64,000 nt of DNA from Anaerovoracaceae bacterium (lineage in GTDB: Bacteria; Bacillota; Clostridia; Peptostreptococcales; Anaerovoracaceae): assembly GCA_963665645.2 (NCBI GenBank), contig CAXXQN010000010.1, positions 42,683 through 106,682 of the forward strand, read 5' to 3'. The stretch's first letter is position 1. Each line of letters starts with the position of its first letter. This document shows positions 58,670-64,000 of this stretch, in pieces. The notes beneath the pieces were generated by a model that had not been told where the DNA came from, ran no database searches, and saw only the letters and a program-made list of their open reading frames with translations. A program made the translations under genes and the position numbers.

Positions 58670-59677
58670 TTATTTGTAGCTTTTTACTTTTTCAACTAGC
58701 TCTGTTAATTCAGGATGATTTTCGTAAACGGAGGACGTTTTTGTTTGAAGTTGGCTTTTATCCGTAGGAACAAGCTTCATGCCAAGTTCATTTGTAAGTT
58801 TTTCCTTGGCAGCCTCATTATCAGTCTCACACGCATTTCTTTCTACATCGGTTGCATAAGCTGCGGCCTCCTCAAGATATCCCTGTTGTTCCGTGCTCAG
58901 TTTATCCCAAGTTTCCGGTGAAACCAGTAATCCTGCCACTTGGAATACATGTTCTGTTTCTACAATGGTGTCATTTACATCATATATATTCGCTTGTAGA
59001 ATGTTGATATAAGGATTCTCTTGGCCATCAACGGTTTTCTGTTGTAAGGCAGTATACAGTTCTCCAAAATCCATCGGTGTAGGATCGCAGCCTAATGCTT
59101 TAAATATCTCGATATGGATTGGAGAACTCTGAGTTCGGATCTTTTGTCCATCCAGATCATCAATGGAAGAAATGTCTTTGCTGGTGGTTACATTTCTGTA
59201 GCCTAAAGTCCACCATCCTTTGCAAAGCATTCCGTTTTCCTCCAGCTCTTTCGATAGGATATCTCCCACTTCCCCATCAAGAGACTGATAAGCATGCTGG
59301 TAGTTTTCAATAATAAATGGCATGTCATAAACAGCAATAGACGGTGCAAAATTTGCTAAAACTGTTGCAGAAACAGGCGCAATATCAATGGTTCCCATCT
59401 GAATCCCTTTGGCAGCATCAGCAATACTACCCAGTTGTCCTGATGGATAAATAGTAACCGTCACCGTTCCGCCTGATAATTCTTCCAGTTTTTGTTTCAA
59501 CGCTTCTGCTCCCTGATGAAAAACACTCGTTTCATTATCGGCATGTGCAAATTTCAACTCGATCGTATCCGCTTTTTTCTCAGCGGATTCCCCGTTATCG
59601 TCTCCTTTTGCGCCACATCCAATCATACTGATTCCCATCAACAGTACCAGAAATAATGCCAATCCTTTCTTATACAT
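58670..59677 (-). CDS. TRAP transporter substrate-binding lipoprotein (DctP family)
   Basis: Lipobox SMIGCG. 335 aa. Confidence 0.85.
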   Translation of the reverse strand: MYKKGLALFLVLLMGISMIGCGAKGDDNGESAEKKADTIELKFAHADNETSVFHQGAEALKQKLEELSGGTVTVTIYPSGQLGSIADAAKGIQMGTIDIAPVSATVLANFAPSIAVYDMPFIIENYQHAYQSLDGEVGDILSKELEENGMLCKGWWTLGYRNVTTSKDISSIDDLDGQKIRTQSSPIHIEIFKALGCDPTPMDFGELYTALQQKTVDGQENPYINILQANIYDVNDTIVETEHVFQVAGLLVSPETWDKLSTEQQGYLEEAAAYATDVERNACETDNEAAKEKLTNELGMKLVPTDKSQLQTKTSSVYENHPELTELVEKVKSYK

Positions 59678-59879
59678 TTTCTTCTCCTCTCAAAATTACT
59701 AAATAGAAATAAAATAGACTACTTTTCCTTGTTTGCTAATTATAATTACTTTTTTTCATAAAATCAATTGGCGAGACCAAAAACATGTTTCAAATTTAAA
59801 CATTTTTATCTAATTCATTTGATAAATTATAAGTTTAAAGTTATAATGTTTTATATTAAAACAATTAGGAGCAGATTAT

Positions 59880-61667
59880 ATGGATAAAATTAAAATTCTT
59901 GCCATTGCCCCCTACGAAGGGATGAAGGGAATCATGTCAGATATCGCATCGAAAAAAGAGCGCATCGAACTGACGACATTTGTAGGTGATCTTGAAGACG
60001 GCTTGCGCATCGTTTATAAACATAAGAGAAATAATTTTGATATTATTATTTCCCGAGGTGGAACAGCAGAACTGATCAGTAAATCCACAGATATTCCCGT
60101 AATAGAGGTCTCTATATCCGTTTACGATGTTCTACGCGCCATAAAATTAGCCGAAAATTATGCCCAACGCTTTGCCATTGTAGGTTTTCCAAGCATAACA
60201 AAATGTGCACATCTGCTATGTGATTTATTACAATATAAGATTAAAATCATTACTATTTCAAGCAAGGAAGAAGCCAGGGAATGTCTGGTTGCTTTGCTGA
60301 ACGATGGATACGGTCTGGTTCTCAGTGATATGGTTACCACTACCGTAGCAAAGCATCTGGGAATGAATTCCATTTTGATCAATTCAGGATATGAAAGTAT
60401 CGAAAGTACATTAGAACAAGCCATGAAACTTTGTCAGTTTTACTCTCGTAAAAATTTTCAGAATAAAATCTTAAAGGTGGCACTTCAAGAAAGCAGCCAT
60501 GATTTATTTATCTTTGAAGATAACAATTTACTCTATTCCTCTTTATTGGAATTGGAAGAAAATCAATATCTTTTCACATTTGCAAGGCAGTTGCTGTCCA
60601 AGATAACAGAAGGAAAAGATTTCATACAGGATAAAAAATGGAATAAACAATTGCTTTCTTTTAAAGGAAAGTGTATTCAGATCGATGGTCGCTTTCTATC
60701 CTTTGTCTATTTAACCATCCACGCGCTATCCGCCGAAGCAGAGGGAAAAGGAATCCGATTAGTCAACGATGATATGAATTATCTTCTTTCAGGCTACAAT
60801 AGTATCCATTCTTTAAACTACATCAGATCAAACATCGAACAATATGCTGTCTGCCATTTTCCGGTTTTGGTTATAGGTGAGGTGGGTACCGGAAAGGATC
60901 GGGCGGTTTCCCTGCTTTATGAGGCAAGTTCCATGAAGAACAACCCATTTTATCAGATCGACTGCGGCATTCTTACCGCCACCGAATGGAACTATCTTTT
61001 TACAGATAGTGATTCTCCTTTGAGAAAATCAAACTGTTTTTTTTATTTCAAAAACATTGGAGCTTTAACGGAACAAATCATGACAGATTTTATCATTTTT
61101 CTAGAATCTGTAGATTTATCAAATCAAAATTTCGTGGCCTTCTCTTTTATTCTGAATAATAAAACAGATGAGACTCATCCAAATTGCCTCTTTTTCAGCA
61201 ACAAATTATCGTGTCTCATATTACGGTTAAAGCCATTGAAAGAAATGCGGCCGGACATCCCCGGTCTTGCCAGCATTTACATCAACGAACTCAATACCAT
61301 ATTAGGAAAGCACATCACACGGTTTGAACCGAAGGCTCTTACACTGCTTCAGGAATTTAACTGGACTTATAATTTAGATCAGTTTAAAAGAGTGCTGAAA
61401 GAGTTGGCTGTCATCACATCAGATTCCACTATAACCTTCAACAATACGTCGAAAATCTTAAATCAAGAAGTCTCCAACATCTCGGTAAAGGAGAAAAGAA
61501 GATATGCCGTGAATCTTAATCAAAATCTGAGGGAAATCAATTATGACATTGCCTGTCTCGTGCTAGAAGAAGAAGGAATGAACCAAAGCAGTGCTGCCAA
61601 ACGCTTGGGGATCAGCCGCAGTACATTGTGGCGACTGCTGAAGCTTCAAGATAATAAGGAGAAATAA
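59880..61667 (+). CDS. PrpR-N-domain regulator with degenerate sigma-54-type AAA+ domain and Fis-type HTH
   Basis: N-terminal PrpR-like domain (IISRGGTAELI), Walker A GEVGTGK, no GAFTGA, Walker B position reads FYFKNIG, C-terminal HTH AAKRLGISRSTLWRLLK. Confidence 0.7.
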   Translation: MDKIKILAIAPYEGMKGIMSDIASKKERIELTTFVGDLEDGLRIVYKHKRNNFDIIISRGGTAELISKSTDIPVIEVSISVYDVLRAIKLAENYAQRFAIVGFPSITKCAHLLCDLLQYKIKIITISSKEEARECLVALLNDGYGLVLSDMVTTTVAKHLGMNSILINSGYESIESTLEQAMKLCQFYSRKNFQNKILKVALQESSHDLFIFEDNNLLYSSLLELEENQYLFTFARQLLSKITEGKDFIQDKKWNKQLLSFKGKCIQIDGRFLSFVYLTIHALSAEAEGKGIRLVNDDMNYLLSGYNSIHSLNYIRSNIEQYAVCHFPVLVIGEVGTGKDRAVSLLYEASSMKNNPFYQIDCGILTATEWNYLFTDSDSPLRKSNCFFYFKNIGALTEQIMTDFIIFLESVDLSNQNFVAFSFILNNKTDETHPNCLFFSNKLSCLILRLKPLKEMRPDIPGLASIYINELNTILGKHITRFEPKALTLLQEFNWTYNLDQFKRVLKELAVITSDSTITFNNTSKILNQEVSNISVKEKRRYAVNLNQNLREINYDIACLVLEEEGMNQSSAAKRLGISRSTLWRLLKLQDNKEK

Positions 61668-61695
61668 GTTTAAATGATCCAGGCATCCCATCACT

Positions 61696-62559
61696 TCATA
61701 TTTTTTCTGTAATCGCCCTTGCTGTATCCGTCGCTGCGATACCACCCAAAGCAGTTTCCCTGAGCTGAACCGGCAAAAGTTTTCCTACTTTGTACATTGC
61801 ATCAATCACCTCATCCGTCGGAATGGGGAATTTCATCCCCCCCAACGCAAGATCAGCACTGAGCAGCGCATTAATCGCCTGGGATGCATTTCTCTGTGCA
61901 CAAGGTATCTGCACAAGGCCTGCAACGGGATCGCAGACGAGCCCCATAATATTGATCAATGCTATAGAAAATGCTTCCATTACCATCGCAGGTGTACCGC
62001 CTTTTAGCTCGACCCCACCTGCCGCCGCCATCGCAGCAGCCACTCCGCATTCCGCCTGACATCCCCCCTCAGATCCTGCTACCGTCGCATTTTCAACAAC
62101 AATTGTTCCCAAACCGGATGCCGTAATCAAAGCGTTGATTATATCTTCTTCCGATTTATTCAATTCCTTACCTATGGAAATCAGTACAGCAGGAACGATA
62201 CCACAAGATCCCGCAGTCGGCATGGCACAAATTCTTCCCATAGAAGCATTTACCTCACTGCCAGATAATGCTCTTGCCATAACAGTATTGATAAACTCTC
62301 CGCACAGGGTGTCGCCGGATTTGGCATACCGATACTGCACAGACGCAATCCCTGAAATCATTCCTCCTTCCGTGGACAGCGGTTGATTCAGTGCCCTTTC
62401 CGTCGAGGCAAACATGATCTCATAACGCTCCTTCATACTTACAATAATATCAGATCTGCTGATATTACTATTTTTCATCTCATATTGGATCACAATTTCG
62501 TGTATCTGCACTTTTTGTGTTTCAGCCATCTCAAGTAGCTGTTTGCAACTATGGTACAT
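61696..62559 (-). CDS. sdaAA: L-serine dehydratase, iron-sulfur-dependent, alpha subunit
   Basis: 287 aa. Cys-containing motifs CAMPTAGSCG and GGCQAECG. Confidence 0.9.
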   Translation of the reverse strand: MYHSCKQLLEMAETQKVQIHEIVIQYEMKNSNISRSDIIVSMKERYEIMFASTERALNQPLSTEGGMISGIASVQYRYAKSGDTLCGEFINTVMARALSGSEVNASMGRICAMPTAGSCGIVPAVLISIGKELNKSEEDIINALITASGLGTIVVENATVAGSEGGCQAECGVAAAMAAAGGVELKGGTPAMVMEAFSIALINIMGLVCDPVAGLVQIPCAQRNASQAINALLSADLALGGMKFPIPTDEVIDAMYKVGKLLPVQLRETALGGIAATDTARAITEKI

Positions 62560-62580
62560 TCCATCCTCCCATATCAGGAA

Positions 62581-63240
62581 TCAAAGTTTAATAAATTTAA
62601 CCCCGAAAATATTCGGGTTATTAGAAATTTTCCCTAAAATCCTCTCTTCAATCACATCATCCACTTCAATCACACAGGCCGCTTCCTCGCTCCTGTTTTT
62701 TCTGCTGACCTTCATCGTAGCAATATTGATACCGCCTTGTGCAAGCACCGTTGTAATATGACTGAGAACCCCACGCGTATCCTGCTGCCTGATGAATATG
62801 GTAGGCAGGTTTCCGGAAAGTTCAACTTCATAGCCATTGATTCTGCTGACCAGAACTTCACCACCTCCTAGGGAGGACCCGTCCACTTCACACAGGAGTA
62901 TACTATCTTTATAAAACATAATGCGCACTGAATTTTCATGAATACCCGGAAGCTCAACATTATGAAATTCATAATGAAACGCAGCTTCCCCTGCAATAGC
63001 AAATGCATCGGCTATCGCTTCATCATCCTCCCGAATCCCCATAACACCTGCCAGTAATGCCTTATCCGTTCCATGGCCTTTTCCCGTCCTGGCGAAAGAT
63101 CCATGAAGACCGAAAGACACAAAGTCAAAATCATCTACAAGCTTCGCAGCAATCCTCCCAAGTCTGGCTGCACCGGCTGTGTGAGAACTTGACGGTCCAA
63201 TCATAACCGGACCTGCAACTTGAAAAATGCTTACGCTCAT
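62581..63240 (-). CDS. sdaAB: L-serine dehydratase, iron-sulfur-dependent, beta subunit (with ACT domain)
   Basis: 219 aa. IGPSSSHTAG motif and a C-terminal ACT-like domain. Confidence 0.9.
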   Translation of the reverse strand: MSVSIFQVAGPVMIGPSSSHTAGAARLGRIAAKLVDDFDFVSFGLHGSFARTGKGHGTDKALLAGVMGIREDDEAIADAFAIAGEAAFHYEFHNVELPGIHENSVRIMFYKDSILLCEVDGSSLGGGEVLVSRINGYEVELSGNLPTIFIRQQDTRGVLSHITTVLAQGGINIATMKVSRKNRSEEAACVIEVDDVIEERILGKISNNPNIFGVKFIKL

Positions 63241-63475
63241 GACGTTCCCTTTCCATTATTTCAACACCAACATGGACTTCTTTTTCCATCTCTTATTATG
63301 TTTTTGTCGAGATGTTATTATACTGCCCTTTTCTATGATTTTAGCAAATAGGTCATATTCCTTTTTTAATTTTTATTCGTTACAAAAACCAACAAAATAT
63401 ACTCTATCTCTTCACATAAAATATTGTTGGAAAATATTATCACTGCCAATGATAAAACTTCGTGAGGTAATAGAG

Positions 63476-63994
63476 ATGACACTGAATAAAAACATTAAGA
63501 AATATCGGAAAGAAGCCGGTTTAACCCAGAAAGTATTAGCCAGTCAATCAGGATTAAGTTTCAGCCTGGTCAGCAAACTGGAAAGCGGGGAGCAATCGAA
63601 TCCTTCCTTTGAAACGTTAAAAAAAATAGCTGACGTATTAAAAATCAGTCCGGCAGAGCTCGTAAATGATCCCTTGACGATAGAAGAACAAATTGACGAA
63701 TACATTGAATACAAAAAAGGATTGAATCAGACAACTCCGAAAGAAGAATCTACAGAAAGCATGAAAATACATAAAAAGAAGGAATTTCAAGTGGAACCCT
63801 GTATTGATTTGAATTTTATGAAAAAGATTCAGGCAATCAATACAATTCCCGAACCAAAGGATGACCTTGAACATGAATGCCTTACCTATTTACAACGTCC
63901 GGAAATGAAACGGTTATTTTATTCGTTAAAAAATGCCTCAAAGGATGAGATAGAACGGGTCATTACTATAATCGAAACCTTGCAAGGGAATTAA
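63476..63994 (+). CDS. XRE-family HTH transcriptional regulator
   Basis: ATG at 63476 follows a GAGGT RBS. HTH LTQKVLASQSGLSFSLVSKLESG. The longer ORF from 63227 is AT-rich leader sequence. Confidence 0.75.
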   Translation: MTLNKNIKKYRKEAGLTQKVLASQSGLSFSLVSKLESGEQSNPSFETLKKIADVLKISPAELVNDPLTIEEQIDEYIEYKKGLNQTTPKEESTESMKIHKKKEFQVEPCIDLNFMKKIQAINTIPEPKDDLEHECLTYLQRPEMKRLFYSLKNASKDEIERVITIIETLQGN

Positions 63995-64000
63995 CCAGTA

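Noticed and set aside
59678-59879. Sigma-54 (-24/-12) promoter for the TRAP operon, expected from the PrpR-like regulator.
   Set aside because: No TGGCA-N6-TTGC-like element was found on either strand. This fits the degenerate AAA+ domain, and the absence is reported under that finding.
63227-63475. Long N-terminal extension of the final XRE ORF.
   Set aside because: The extension is an AT-rich, Phe/Leu-rich translation across the divergent promoter region. A clear RBS and ATG at 63476 start directly at the HTH domain.

Overview
This 64-kb chromosomal window looks like a low-GC Firmicute of the class Clostridia, judged by gene content, order and AT-rich intergenic regions. Most genes are housekeeping and lie on the minus strand. 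In order they are: gltX (3' end), an aminotransferase, ahcY, an M48 peptidase, a GerMN lipoprotein, a polysaccharide deacetylase, a LemA-like gene and an orphan kdpD. Next comes a tightly packed cdaA-cdaR-glmM-glmS operon, then hpf, comFC, recD2, cca, yhaM and nadE. After these come an aldehyde dehydrogenase with a sugar ABC importer and a YesM/YesN-type two-component system whose kinase is frameshifted. Further on are rubredoxin, an OmpR-type two-component system, a decayed IS110 copy, rubrerythrin and a Trp T-box upstream of a TrpB-like gene. The window ends with a nine-gene TRAP transporter / PdxA-family / DUF1537 acid-sugar locus with a divergent PrpR-like regulator, sdaAB-sdaAA, and an XRE regulator. 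I saw no rRNA, tRNA or CRISPR. The most unusual structures are these. (1) A near-perfect head-to-tail triplication (3 x 1626 bp + 27 bp, 15901-20805) of an IS91-family rolling-circle element that also carries a 90-aa acidic ORF. (2) A hairpin-rich, mosaic intergenic repeat family of about 125 nt. Two tandem copies bracket the IS array and share 27 nt with every IS junction, and other copies lie inside the ABC operon, in the kinase leader and after glmS. (3) A 174-nt structured RNA candidate (raiA-motif-like) and a cluster of perfect DnaA boxes between comFC and hpf. (4) An A8-tract frameshift in a sensor kinase. (5) A PrpR-like regulator whose AAA+ domain lacks the GAFTGA loop and the Walker B acidic residues. 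I did not find a convincing novel multi-gene defence-type system. All protein family calls come from motif recognition by eye, not from searches.
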